The notes under the pieces were generated by a model. It searched no databases. It was not told where the DNA came from and saw nothing but the letters and a program-made list of their open reading frames with translations. This document shows, piece after piece, positions 13,284 to 26,739 of a stretch of DNA of 64,000 bases. Made by a program: the position numbers and the translations under genes. Numbering within the stretch: the stretch's first letter is position 1; each line of letters starts with the position of its first letter. The stretch spans positions 1,364,001-1,428,000 of the forward strand of contig VJWM01000019.1 of the NCBI GenBank assembly GCA_010909165.1, written 5' to 3'. This DNA is from Anthoceros angustus. Lineage: Eukaryota > Plantae > Anthocerotophyta.

Positions 13284-16200
13284 CATGAGTGACCACGTCT
13301 CACCACGCATGATGGAGAGACGGATCTCTAGCGGCAGTGAAGATGAATTGCTGCTAGAGGGAATCGGCGACAGGGTGCGCCAGAGAGGTAGGCAAGCGCC
13401 CACCTCAGCTAATCATGGGAGGCTGACCGGTTTGCAGATCTTGGGACCGGCGCCTGCAGAGGAAACCGAAGCGCAAGTGAGAAGACGCCAGAAATTGGCC
13501 CAACGGCGTCAATCCCAAGCAGAGGTGGCTGCACGATTACCTGAGGAGCTCAGCGACCCCGAGGTGCCCGTCGGAACGGCAGAGTACACCACCGAGCCAA
13601 TCCCGCGCCGACGAGGCAGGCCAAGGAAGAAAATCGGCTCCACGCACCAACAGGTGGATGAGCCGGGTCTTTCGCAACGCCCATGAAATCATCGCAATGG
13701 AGACACAGACGCATCACACCTGCTAGAGGCCCTCCGGTGCCAGCTTGAAGGACGCACCGCAAACTTGGAGAGGACCTACGAGGGCGTGTCCGAGACATTA
13801 GTCTCACAGGGACACCGGATGCAGACTGTGGAACAGGCACTGGATCGAGTAGAGACTCGCTGGGAAGAAGGCCAAACACGTCGAACTGGTGTCTGCAAGC
13901 CGGCGATCCCCCAAGCCCGCCCCACGCCGGTGAGACGATTTTGACACCTCTCGCCCAGATCCGGCAGTGCTTGCGCCTGGCCGTTCCGGCCCGCCAACAC
14001 GCGACACGGTCACCCCTACACTGACCCATAACGCCAATCAACGGAGTATGGAGAAGACGACGTCCGCGGAGCCCACGGGACCAGCACGGAGCACGGAGGA
14101 GGAAACTCTGCGAAGGCTGGTGGTGGAACTCTTACCTGGGGAATGCGAAAACAAGGACATCAAGACCCTGGTCCGACGCCTACAGCTCCTCAGATACGAG
14201 CACTGGGAAGCTTAGAAGGGTAAGGCATACCAGGAGCAAATCGAGTCGCAGGGGGACGAAGCCATCTTCAGGCCGCGGGCACAGCTTGACAAGGAACTGC
14301 AGCGGAAAATCAGGACAACCACATTGAATGGGAATGAGAAGGATGCCCAGGCAGTACACGATTGGCTAGATAAACTGGACAAATACCTGAATGCGACTGA
14401 GAAGGACGATCAGCAGAAAATCCAATTTTGCGTGATGTCTCTGGAGGGTTATGCCTACCGATGGTGGAGGCAAAGGGAGAAGCAAGTGGAACTAGGAATG
14501 GAGATGCCGATCTACACTTGGCCCTCCTTCTGTCAGACATTCCTTGAACACTTCTTGCCTGTTAATCATCGGAGAGAACTCTACCATCAATTCTGGAAAA
14601 TACAACAGCAAGGTACGGTTCAGGAATATTGTGACAAGTTTCTACAGCTCACCCTGGATATGCCCCGCTTGGACGAAGAACAGAAGATAGAACGATTCAT
14701 CGATGGGTTGAAGTACGACTTACGTGCCGACGTGAACCAGACTGCTCCCAGCACGCTAGTCGATGCCATGAAGACGGCAATCAACTACGGCTGCAACAAG
14801 TACAAGCATCTCAACACCGCTTACCCAAACAAGCCGAGGTGGGGCCAATCAGCGAGTGTGGCAGAGAAGAGGCCCGTTTTCAAGATCCTAACAGAAGAGG
14901 ACAAAAAGAAGTATCATGAGAAACATATGTGCTTCACATGCACCTCTACAGAACACGGGATCCAGAGCCTGCCCTCATCGAAAGGAGTTCATCAGTTGGC
15001 TAAAGGAAACAGGTCAGACCACACGTACCCCTCTTGGTTCGAGCTCTAACGTCAAGAGTGGCCATTCGGTGAAGACGGAGGAAGTGGTTTTGGAAACCCG
15101 GAAAATGGTTGCGTCTTCTAGCAAATTGTGCCATGGTTGTAGTGGGTCTGCAGGTTGCAACCTGGATCATGTGCCAATCAAGTTGTTAGTAGGTCTCAAT
15201 GGTGTGGCTGCAACGAGTCTGTTAGACTCCGGAGCCAGCCACCATTATATCTCTCGAGCAGCGGCAGAGAAAGCAGGGTTGCATATCAGGGACACAGGAT
15301 ACGTGTCTACAATTATCACAGCACTCAACGGGCGTGACACTGGTGAAGAACAGTGTACTGAGGCAAGAGTTACCTTCCCAGGTGGCTATGCTGAAGTGCT
15401 GCAGTTCACTGTGATGCCGACTCTCTGCCATGACCTGATAATCGGCAAGCCCTGGCTCGCCAAACACTCCAACAAGTTGGAGATAGATTGGGCACGAAAC
15501 ATAGTTAGGTTGAGCGTAGAACAGCAACAACATGTAATGAAGGGAGACAAATATGTCCCCGACAAACACTTGTTTGCAGTGTCAGCTCTAAATAAAGCCA
15601 GGCGATTTACGTATGTGGCGGCTCAAGAAAGTCCCGCCTTAGAGGCACAATGAGTCTAGGGCTGGCGGAGAAGGATGAAGCAGCCTTACCCCAAGAGACG
15701 AAGGACCTGCTTAGTGAGTTCCTGGACATCTTCGAACCGCCCTCAGAACTGCCCCCACGCCGGGCAATTGACCATGCCATCGAACTGGTACCGGGTCACA
15801 AACCTGTGAGTATCCCGCCATACGAGCATCAGCATCAGAAAGCGAAGAGATAAAGCGGCAGGTGGATGAATTCTTACAACAGGGATTCGTCCGACCTTCC
15901 GTATCTCCCTTTGGTGCTCCCGTGCTACTAGTTGGAAAACCGGATGGAGGATGGAGGCTGTGCATCGACTACAGAGGCCTGAATAGAGCCACAGTTAGGA
16001 ATGTCTATCAGATGCCGCGGATAGATGAAATCCTGGATCTATTACATGGGGCCAAGTACTTTACCAAGGTAGATCTCCGCTCTGGCTTCCATCAGATTCG
16101 GATCCGGGAAGGCGACGAATACAAAACCGCGTTCCGGACTAGGCATGGACACTTCGAGTTCATAGTAATGCCCTTTGGTCTTACCAACGCACCTGCCACT

Positions 16201-19200
16201 TTCCAATGCCTAATGCAGGAGATATTACGTCCCCTGCTAGGGCATGGTGTTGAGGTCTTCCTCGACGACATCCTGATCTACACAGCAACGCCACAACAGC
16301 ATTATGAACTCGTGAGAAGAGTATTTAACCTTCTGCGAAAACATAAGCTGCTAGCAAAACGGAGTAAGTGTGTATTCATGAAGGAGGAGTGCGAATACGT
16401 GGGTCACCTTATCAGCCTCGAGGGAATCAAAGTGGATACTCGCAAAATCAAAGCAATCTCCGAATGGACCTTGCCCAGGACATCACACAGCTGCGTGGTT
16501 TCCTTGGCATGGCGGGTTCTACCGGAGATTTATCAAGGACTTTAGCAAGATCGCCGTTCCCTTGACTGATGCCCTCCGCCAGTCTGCGAGTAAGGAGCTT
16601 CAGCTAGGTAAGGATGCTGAACAAGCATTCCTCACTCTTAAACAAGCTCTTAGTTCAGCACCCATCCTGGCAGTTGCGGACCCCAAATCTCCTTACACAG
16701 TGCACACCGACGCCTCCGACTTCGCTATTGGAGCCATTCTCTCTCAGAATGGCAAAGCCATTGCTTATGAATCTCGGAAGCTACAGGGTGCCCAGCTGAA
16801 TTACGCGATACATGATAAGGAGATGCTTGCCATAGTACATGCAATGAAAACATGGCGACATTATTTGCTTGGCCAGAAGTTCATATGCCACACTGACCAT
16901 CACTCATTACAACACTTTTTCAGTCAGCCTAACCTGAATGCCCGGCAACGTCGGTGGTCGGAATATTTGGCAGATTTCAACTTTGAAATCAAGTACGTTA
17001 CAGGGCCTACCAATGTGGTGGCAGACGCCCTCAGCCGTAAAGCTTGCTCTCTCATGACTACCGCTTGGACACCATCGTCGGTCGAGTCCCTCCCACTGGA
17101 CCCTGCGTTATGGGCGACATACCAACAGTTATTGACAGATGCTCAGACAGGCGTACCCACTAGCCTCATGCAGGAATACACCATCAAGGATGCGTGTTTG
17201 TATAGGAAGGGACGCCTGGTCATACCTCAGCAGCTGCCGTATGTGAGGAGAGCCATTCTCCACGACCTACATGACAGCCCCATCTCTGGACATCTCGGCA
17301 TAGACAAGACATATGCACAGGTGAAAGAGCATTTCTATTGGGATGGCCTCCGAGCTGATACCATCGATTGGGTCCGCTCCTGCACATCCTGCCAGCAAGC
17401 AAAAACCGAGAATCAGAAACAACCCGGCTTGTTATTACCCCTACAGATACCAGCAGGTAGGTTCCAGTCCATTTCAATGGACTTTATTACGCATCTGCCC
17501 CGAACTCGATCTGGCAAGGATAGTATATGGGTGGTCATGGACCGTTTGTCCAAGACATGTCACCTCATCCCGACCACAGCCACGGTTTCAGCAGCAAAAT
17601 TGGCCCAGTTGTTCATCAGGGAGATTTTCCGTCTACACGGAACCCCGGACAGTATTGTGTCCGACAGAGACACGAAGTTCACTTCAGGGTTTTGGAGGAC
17701 CTTCACCGAAACACTGGGTATACAGCAAAACCTCTCCTCTTCATGCCACCCTGAGTCAGATGGACAAACGGAAAAACACAATCAGGTCCTGGAAGACATG
17801 TTACGACACTTCACCCACGAGAAGCAAGGACAGTGGGAACCAATGTTGCCATTATTGGAATATGCGTACAATACCTCTCGTCACGCTGCCACAGGCGTTG
17901 CTCCCTACAAACTTCTCTACGGTGAGTGTCCGCCTCCCCGGTTTGTGGCCCTCACAGAGACAATGCCATGGTGCAGCTGAACTGGCGGAAGACGTCTTCC
18001 ATGAGATTCAACAAGCATTCCTCACTCTTAAACAAGCTCTTAGTTCAGCACCCATCCCGCAGCTATGGACCCCAAATCTCCTTACATAAAGGCACACCGA
18101 CGCCTCGACTTCTATTGGAGCCATTCTTCTCGAATGGCAAAGCCATTGCTTATGAATCTCGAAGCTACGGTGCCCAATTAATTACGATACATGATAAGGA
18201 GATGCTTGCCATAGTACATGCAATGAAAACATGGCGACATTATTTGCTTGGCCGAAGTTCATATGCCACAATCGACCATCACTCATTACAACACTTTTTC
18301 ATCATAACTTGAATGCAACGCTTGGTCGGAATATTTGGCAGATTTCAACTTTGAAATCAAGTACGTTACAGGGCCTACCAATGTGGTGGCAGACGCCCTC
18401 AGCCGTAAAGCTTGCTCTCTCATGACTACCCAGTTGGACACCATACGTCAGGTCAGGGAGTCCCTCCCACTGGACCCTGCGTTATGGGCGACATACCAAC
18501 AGTTATTGACAGATGCTCAGACAGGCGTACCCACTAGCCTCATGCAGGAATACACCATCAAGGATGCGTGTTTGTATAGGAAGGGACGCCTGGTCATACC
18601 TCGAATTGCAGCTGCCGTATGTGAGGAGAGCCATTCTCCACGACCTACATGATGCCCTATCTCGACATCTCGCATAGACAAGAGACATATGCACGGTGAA
18701 AGAGCATTTCTATTGGGATGGCCTCCGAGCTGATACCATCGATTGGGTCCGCTCCTGCACATCCTGCCAGCAAGCAAAAACCGAGAATGAGAAACAACCC
18801 GGCTTGTTATTACCCCTGCAGATACCAACAGGCAGGTTCCAGTCCATTTCAATGGACTTTATCATGCATCTACCCCGAACTCGATCTGGCAAGGATAGTA
18901 TATGGGTGGTCATGGACCGTTTGTCCAAGACATGTCACCTCATCCCGACCACGCCACGCCAGCAAAATTGGCCCAGTTGTTCATCAGGGAGATTTTCCGT
19001 CTACACGGAACCGAGACGATATTGTGTCCGGCGAGACACGAAGTTCACTTGTGGTTTTGGAGGACCTTCACCAAACACTGGGTATACAAAGAAAACCTCT
19101 TCATGCCACCCTGAGTCAGATGGACAAACGGAAAAACACAATCAGGTCCTGGAAGACATGTTACGACACTTCACCCACGAGAAGCAAGGACAGTGGGAAC

Positions 19201-19990
19201 CAATGTTGCCATTATTGGAATATGCGTACAATACCTCTCGTCACGCTGCCACAGGCGTTGCTCCCTACAAACTTCTCTACGGTGAGTGTCCGCCTCCCCC
19301 CGGTTTGTGGCCCTCTGCACAGAGACAATGCCAAGGTGCAGCTGAACTGGCGGAAGACGTCTTCCATGAGATTCAACAGAAACGTAAGAAACTGACAGCA
19401 GCCCAAGACCGCTACAGCAAATCGGCTAACAAACATCGGCGGGACGTCACCTACAACGTGGGACAACTAGTCTGGCTCCGAATGAAACCACACCGATACC
19501 CGTCACTGGTCCAACCGAAGAACAAGCTCTCCTACCGATTCGCCGGCCCATTCCGTATCTCCCGACAAGTGAACCCGGTGGCCTTCCAGCTTGAACTACC
19601 AGCACATTGGCGGATATGCCGCACTTTCCATGTATCCATGTTGAAGCCGGTGGTTGAGCGTCCGCCTCACCTCAAGCCACCATCCGACGGGATGCAGGTA
19701 CCTCATGACCCTGCACCCCACCTTTCTGACACCTCTCCTCAGGCCCCGGAGGCGGCTCCCAACCCAACAGCCCAGCAAGGTGACCAGCTTTCAGCACACG
19801 AACCCGACAGGATATTACAGCACCGACATAGGAAACTCCGCACCCGTACCATCACTGATTACATGGTAGGATGAAGCGGTGAATCAGATGACCTCGCCTC
19901 TTGGGAAACCGCCGAGTGGTGCCAACGCTTCCCTCAGCTCCGCGCAGCCCTCAATGGTCAGGAGGACCCGACCATGCTTAGTGGGGGAGA
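13284..19990 (+). pseudogene. gag-pol of the Gypsy element, broken by frameshifts and stops
   Basis: Gag (WPSFCQTFLEHF, QQGTVQEY), CCHC knuckle, protease LLDSGAS, RT (LCIDYRGLN, FLDDILIY), RNase H (TDASDFAIGAIL), integrase (HDSPISGHLG, SDRDTKF, GPF), chromodomain. Confidence 0.92.
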
Positions 19991-19991
19991 A

Positions 19992-20363
19992 TGTCACAAC
20001 AAGTGACCAGCTTGGATCCAGACAGACTCGAGACACGAAGCCGCCACACCGCGCAGGAACCCGGCTAGGTATTCAGAACCCGGGTACCCACTCAAACCTC
20101 GTTCGAGGCAGTGCGTCGAGAACCAACGGGCAGGATCCGTAATAGCAGCGTATATGTATAAATAGATTAATACATAATTAGGTAATTAGAAGGAGTAGAA
20201 ACGTGTAAAGAACCCCATAACCGTAGACATAGTCCGTTACCACAGGGGTTCTTGGCCTGAACGCAGCCAAGCCCTTATGTACCCACAAATCGTGAAGATA
20301 GACAGCCATTCCTGGACTTAGTTTCCAACCTCCCGGAGCCGATCAAGCCCGTGGAGTGTTGCA
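19992..20363 (+). repeat. 3' LTR
   Basis: Follows PPT AGTGGGGGAGAA; ends GTTGCA, then the TSD. Confidence 0.95.
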
Positions 20364-20559
20364 ACATCCTGTGTAAAAGGCATAACCTATTCCTCAAAAA
20401 TGAAATGGAATCTCAATGGAATGACAACTGCCAGATTCAAAAACATGGTTGAGTATTCGACTTTTGGAGCATTAACGTATTATTTATGCCACTTAGGCGC
20501 AGTGTCCATTTATTTGGGAGTAGCTCACCAACCTACAGGACACATCAACCACAAATTAG

Positions 20560-21000
20560 CCTAAAACATTTAGAATCCTAATAGCTATGCACTTAGAAAC
20601 AACCTGCCTATTAAAAAACTTTGTTTTATAGATTTAAAGCAGATAAGCCAACACCATGTTGTCTCCTAGTATAAACTTATACGTCCAAGGAACACAAATT
20701 CGATGGACAACAACTCAGTTTCTCAGTGTGAAAATTTAGAATCACTAAGTCTTATTTTAAAGAGTATAACTTTAGTTTGGGTAGAAAAACAAACTAAGTT
20801 GGATCTCTACGATCTCCGACTCTTCAGATCACCCATATTTTCCTATTTATCTAAACCCGTTCGCACCAAAATCGACAAAGCAGAAAAAAAAATATTTTCA
20901 TCGGCAATACTGCAAAAATAAATAATAGTGAGAGGAAAGATCAACAATGTTATACTCTTTGATTTCATCAGAGTAGCCAATGAAGGTGAGCTTTTTGGCT
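20560..21000 (+). mobile_element. Highly degenerate Copia integrase C-terminal relic
   Basis: KLDLYDLRLFRSPIFSYLSKPVRTKIDKAEKKIF resembles PDLSxLRVFGSxxYxxIPKxxRxKLDxKAxKCIF. Confidence 0.55.
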
Positions 21001-22429
21001 TTGTCATCCTACTTTCTATGGGTGTTATCTGAGACATGCATACGGACAGGCTGAGCCGCCAAATATCGGGTACCTATACGACTCATAGGTTGGTTGGTTT
21101 GTGATTAACAAACAATCTCAAGCACACCTTGTTAGGATATGTGAATTTCAGTCTTAATTGAACCAGCATTCTTCTAACAACGTAACTTCCAATAATAACT
21201 TCAACATTAACTTGACTCCACACCAATGTGGAGTCAATGTGTTGTCAGCAAAGATCGCTAGATAGTTATTCAGCAATGTGCAATGACAAGGGCACTTTAA
21301 CAAGCCAGTTGAAACAAAAGCAATGGACACAGGATGCACCAACAATATCGACAATATCAGGCTGGGCATGGGAAGGCGAGCTCGCGTGCTGGGGACCAGT
21401 ACGCGCGCTCGCCCGCTTGTCGCTACATGCAGGAACGATCTCCAGCATACATTCGGTTGCAAGCGCTGATACTATGAAGAGAATCAAGGACTTGCTCAAA
21501 GGATCTTAAGCATTCATTCTCATAATAGAAAGTACATAATATTTATATGAAAGTTTGTTATAACCACTTCTAGCTCTAGAGATTAAATAATCTTAATTCT
21601 AGGGGTTTAATAGAGCCATAATGAATAATGCCTCAATATATGATGTATTTTATCAATTCAGGACAATCCCACACTATGTGAAATGGAGTAGAGGTATTCC
21701 TAGATGACATTCCACATACAGATATACGTCACATTGGTCTGAAAAGTAATGCTATTATTGTAGAAGTACTAGCGGCTGATAAAAAGAAGCAAATGTAGCT
21801 TCATGAGTGCCTATGTGGAATACTTAGGCTATAATATGAATGTCGAGGGTATAAGCATGGATCCTCAATAGATTAATTAATCTGGCTATCACTAAATGTA
21901 CGCTACCACAAATCAGCACCCAACTTTGGACTTCCTAAGTTGGGCTAGCAAGATTTTATTGGCAATTCATCAAATTCAACACGATTGCCTTGAAACAGTA
22001 AGCTAATATATATGTTCAAGGCTACATGATGGCTTATATGTATATGATGGCATATATATATCAAGGTGCATGAGATTAACAGCGATAGTCTCGCGCGGAA
22101 GAACTCTCATGTAGAATTTAGGGCCACCTCATGTGGTGGGACCTAGTGATGATAAACATTCATGTGGTGAGATCGTACATAATTAAAGCTTGTCTTCCTA
22201 CAAACTTAAAGCGTATCTACTTTATTTCATAAGTGAATTCTAAGATAGATTATTTAATTTTTAAATCATTGATAAATCAAGAAAATTCGATGCTACTTTT
22301 TTAGGGTCATAAGTCAAATCTACCTTATTCCTATGCTTTTGGTTATAAAAAGATATGTCAAGTCCTTGAAGAGATAGTGAAGTCATTTTAGAGATGGTTT
22401 TTTAATCGTTAATCAAAGAACTTTCTTAC

Positions 22430-22724
22430 TACTTTAACCTTAACAGGAAGAGGGAGCTTAACAATGGGCTTTGCAGGATGCCTCGATGCTTTGCAGGATG
22501 CCTCGCTTTGCTTGGTGCATGACCGCTCCCCTTCTACTTTGTTAAATAATTCTATATTACCTACACATTGTTAAACACCAACTTGAGGTTTCTGCGTAGT
22601 TAACTGTTATAACCGTTCATCCCTTTTGTGAACTTGTTGTTCTTTAAGCACAATCAATTGTATGCTATGAAGCACATGTGAGTGTTGTATAAATTTATGT
22701 AAAAATTTATCATGGTATCAGAGC
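22430..22724 (+). mobile_element. LTR relic ending in CA, followed by PBS TGGTATCAGAGC (left boundary approximate)
   Basis: ...TTTATCA|TGGTATCAGAGC at 22706-22724. Confidence 0.55.
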
Positions 22725-23085
22725 ATGCAATGATATGATCTTGGGCGCTATGCCAGTGGACGCACGTTGCTTATTTTCTTGGATTAATTGATAAAAAATT
22801 ATGGGAATTCATACTCACCTAGTAGATCAAACTTTTGTCTGCCCTCAACATCACGGAAACCAAAAAAAGAGGTCACGGAAACCAAAAAAAGAGGTCAGAT
22901 TCACTCACTCACCCACCAGCCCTGCCAAGTGGTGAGAACCTCTCTACCGTATTGAAGACTTTTGTAAAGTCTCTAGCCCTATAAGTTCTAATTATGAGGA
23001 GACACTTGTATGATCGATTGTCATTTATGTCATGCCAACATAGTTGTCAATCCCCGTTATGAACCTCAATCCTATAGTGTGGCCC

Positions 23086-23475
23086 TCAATTGATTTTAAG
23101 TAGTGACTGAAATAGTTGAGCTAGACACGCTCCATCCAACTTGGCAAATCTAATTTTCTTTCTTAGATTGGTTTCTTTTTTACAAAATCTTATGTATATA
23201 AGAAAAATTGGGCTTCGTCTACTCCTAATACTTCCACTAAATTGAAGAGTTTTCCCTCCTTTAAGCTATGTTTCCAACTTTCTAATTCATTTATTGCGTA
23301 ACAGGTTGATTGTTCCCAAGTGCGTGTCACTATTGTTGATATTGAATATTGGACGTCCTTATTAGATTTCACTAGCAGCACTGATTTTCCGTTCTCTTTT
23401 TCCTTTTGTATTCTCGTCAATAATTCATTGGTTTTCCCACTTAACATGGATCCAAGGATGAATAACTTTCCGCAC
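23086..23475 (-). pseudogene. Thymidine kinase (type II, TK1-like) relic, intronless and AT-rich
   Basis: ILGSMLSGKTNELL (P-loop), KSNKDVQY and VLGVDEAQFF; after a stop and frameshift, KKIRFAKLDGACLAQLF (the VAGLDGD block); Zn-binding C-terminus not recognisable. Confidence 0.85.
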
Positions 23476-23929
23476 GTGGTTCATCATCATTCCTTGCGTT
23501 TATACTTTGCTCAAGCCATTAGAAATGTTAGTTCATCATAGGCGCCTAAGCTAAGCCATTCTTTTGATAGTCCTTCGCTGATCTGTGGCTATGTTCCAAG
23601 ATGCATTCTCATGACTTGCTTTTGATCTAAACATCATACAAGAATACAAGACTCCAACATAATCAAAGTGATTCAGTTGCTTAGTTCACGCTTAAATTTC
23701 ATATTTAAGTTTACAAAATAAAGAAATTTGTAAGCCACAAGATCTATACATCAAGCTTTGAAACGCGCAAAAATTGTCAAAAGAATGCTCCTCTGTAGTG
23801 CCCTCATACTACTTTAAGGCTAAGGTGCATAGGTACAGTCTACGGATACTTGTTGTTTTAGTTAGAAGAGCATGTGTCAATTCATGGAAGCAACTTGATC
23901 GATGATAAACATAGTTTAGTGTCCTAACA

Positions 23930-24515
23930 AATTACTCTCCATGGGCTCCAATCGAGAAAAAGCCATTGCCTTCTCAAGATACCCTGGTGGGGTATTTTGT
24001 GGTCATCGATGCTCTATAATCTTTATCTCAATTGGACCATAGTAACCTATGGTGGCCAACGGTCGAGCTCCACAACTAGACTTTTATGCCAGATCTGGAG
24101 CATCATTTTACTAAGTGGCCAAGTGCTCTGACGACCACGAAATATCAACCTAGGGGAGTGGCACCACGCAGGTTTTCTCCTTCTATCTCACCCAGTCAAG
24201 TGGAATTGGCACTGTCCTTGGGGGTGAGATAAGAGCTAGATCGGCGTAAAGCCCCTGTGGAAGGTTACAATAATGTAGGAGCATTCGTTCTTTGGCGAAT
24301 CCTTCATATCTAAAAGTTGGCATGTTTGCAACAATAAGCTGTGACAATTCACAACTCTATTTTCTACTAGCACGGCACACAAAATCAATCTCCCATGTAC
24401 TCACATCCAATGTATTGGTTCATTGATGCTGCAAGTATACAAAATCCTTTGGCTGGAATTTCCTAGCCTTTGGCTTTTGTGAGCTACCTTTGGCGAAGGC
24501 ATATCCCAATTGATC
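23930..24515 (-). mobile_element. Degenerate Gypsy integrase C-terminus followed by a PHD-finger relic
   Basis: DQLGYA..GSSQKPKARKFQPKDFVYL...TLD, then ERMLLHYC and ISPPRTVPIPLDW (cf. MLLCDxC...CLxPPLxxVPxGDWxC). Confidence 0.5.
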
Positions 24516-24516
24516 T

Positions 24517-25683
24517 CTATGGTGTGCGTAAACTAATTAATGCGATGTTTGGCAAAACAAGATTAGATCCTAGTGTGAAGGGACCAGCACGAAGGTTTGG
24601 AATATGTTGCAATGCTAATTCAATGGACTCAACTTGAATGGGATTAAAGATAGCAAGCAGACTACGTTCAGCAATTTTGATTTTATGTCCTTGATTATGA
24701 GACTTACTCAAAATTGAACCAATAAAGTTGGAAATTTTTGCAGAGAGGTAAATGATCTCATCAATGCGTAAATCTGCTATATTTGAGCGTTGCAATTCGT
24801 GGGTCTTATTATTCTCCTTTTGCTTTGCAGCCTTACATGCTCTCCAAAGTCTATGCTTAATTGAACATGAAGAATCCATAGCCATTTGGAGAGAATTGAA
24901 TGCACAAATTGTGCATTATATAAAAGTGAGCATAATAAAGCTGTTGCCGAATATGAAGCCTCCTCGCTGCATATCTACCAATTAGGAGATGTTAGAGTAG
25001 AATAGGCATAGCAGAGTTGATGAATTCGTAGGCAGGATATCGCATGCTCAAAAATCAAGAGCAAGGTGCTCTGATACTCTGATGAGAATCATAGCTTGCT
25101 CTAAGATGCGCTTAGCATTGATTATGATGCTTGAAGGAAGTGTTTATATAGTACAAATGGTTATAGGTTGTTGTAACCGATATAACCGATATAACAACTA
25201 ACTACTTAAGTAACTTTCTAAGAGACTACTTCTAGCACTAGCAATGAATTAATTATTAATTTTAGGGATTTATAGGTGCACTAGCGAATAGTGCCCTAAA
25301 TAGGTATATATTTTATCATTCTTTGACTTCAAGATGTAGGAAGTGACAAAATGTGTTTTGTCATCTATGAAGGTCAGGAAATACCGTCCTCCACCGAGGG
25401 ACTCCTTAGACAAAGGCCTGTTATGGAGTGAAATATTATTAATTTGTCTCTTATAACGCATTTGCACTTTCATGGTGTATCGGTGAAGCCTACTACGATA
25501 CAAAAGATTTGCGACACGAATAAAATTCTTATAAAGTCGATTCTTAGTTTCTTTGAACGACCACGTCCATAGTTTCTTCGAACGACCAGTTGTTGCGGAA
25601 CCGGAGTCTTGAGCAATATATTTTTTTTGCAAATATGAGTTAACAACTTCTATCAATAGCTTCTCTTCCAAAATGTAACACAC
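24517..25683 (-). mobile_element. Copia relics: gag (24517-24885), degenerate PBS/LTR junction (~25069-25270) and integrase fragment (25270-25400)
   Basis: GGGRYFLTFIDDKTHFVTSYILKSK integrase motif; GCTCTGATACTC is a degenerate reverse-complement iMet PBS upstream of a gag-like ORF. Confidence 0.65.
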
Positions 25684-26739
25684 TCTGAAGTTTCAGACGT
25701 TGTCGTTGTTTGGGGTGAGACGACCTTTACCTTGTAGCTGATCAAAACCGCCGTCTGGAAATCTGAACCACTGTTTGTAAATGCTTGACTTGGACATGTT
25801 CAAAAGCAAGTTGCACTCAAGGGAATGTTCTGTTCTTTAGTGTGTTGATTTACGCCCAGCTCTTGTACCACTTGTGTCATTAGACTAAAAGCAAGTAATT
25901 CTTAAAGCGCTAATATTTAGATTAATATTTAGATATCAGATGATCAACCTGGCCAGAGCATTCTGCACAACATGATACTTTCGACATATTGAGAACAAAA
26001 TTAAGAAGTGAAGTAAAATCTACAAATGCTTGTTGCTTTAATTAGAAGAGCATGCATTAATTAATTGAAACAACTTGATTCCTGAGGGTGTAAGCATAGT
26101 ATGATGACGACTTATGGTGGAAATGAGTGAAATCGCTCTTAACTTTGTATGTAGTTAACTTGGTTTCTTCTTTCCCTTACAGATAACATCAATAGAGTTA
26201 AATTTTGAGAAATTTAGTGTTTTTTAAGATTATATAAATAAAATTAAAATTTGAAGGCCTTAGTATTTTTAACATTATATTAATATAGTTAAAATTTTAA
26301 GGAATTTATTGTCTTTTTTATCATACGGTTTATTCATTGGAGCTAAGATTTTGAAAAGAGACCAACTTTAAGTGTGCAATATGTGTATGTTTGTTCTTCC
26401 TAAAAACTAAGTACTTAGAAAGATTATTAGTTGCGAGCATTGACTTGTGAGACGGGCACCTATGGATAACATTTGGCATAATGCCTATATGTGAGGGCTA
26501 GAGATTTTCTCCCCAGCAAAGGTATCTTTTATTAATGATAGACGAAATAATGATATAGATATATTTCTTAATATTCTTATATTATACCATAAAAATAACA
26601 ATTTAAAATATCTTACATATTTATTATATTACCTAGTACATATAATGAGGGTTACATTTGTTGCTCGTTCTTCTTCTATAGTAAAAATATTAGAAACACT
26701 TTTGTTTAGAAGCCTTTTCGGAGCTGTAATCAAATTATC

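Larger units (their letters stand above)
12856..20363 (+). mobile_element. Full-length Ty3/Gypsy LTR retrotransposon (chromovirus type); frameshifted, with an internal duplication
   Basis: LTRs 12856-13213 and 19992-20363 (TG...CA); TSD ACATC (12851-12855, 20364-20368); PBS 13216-13228; PPT 19980-19991; domain order gag-PR-RT-RH-INT-chromo. Confidence 0.97.
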
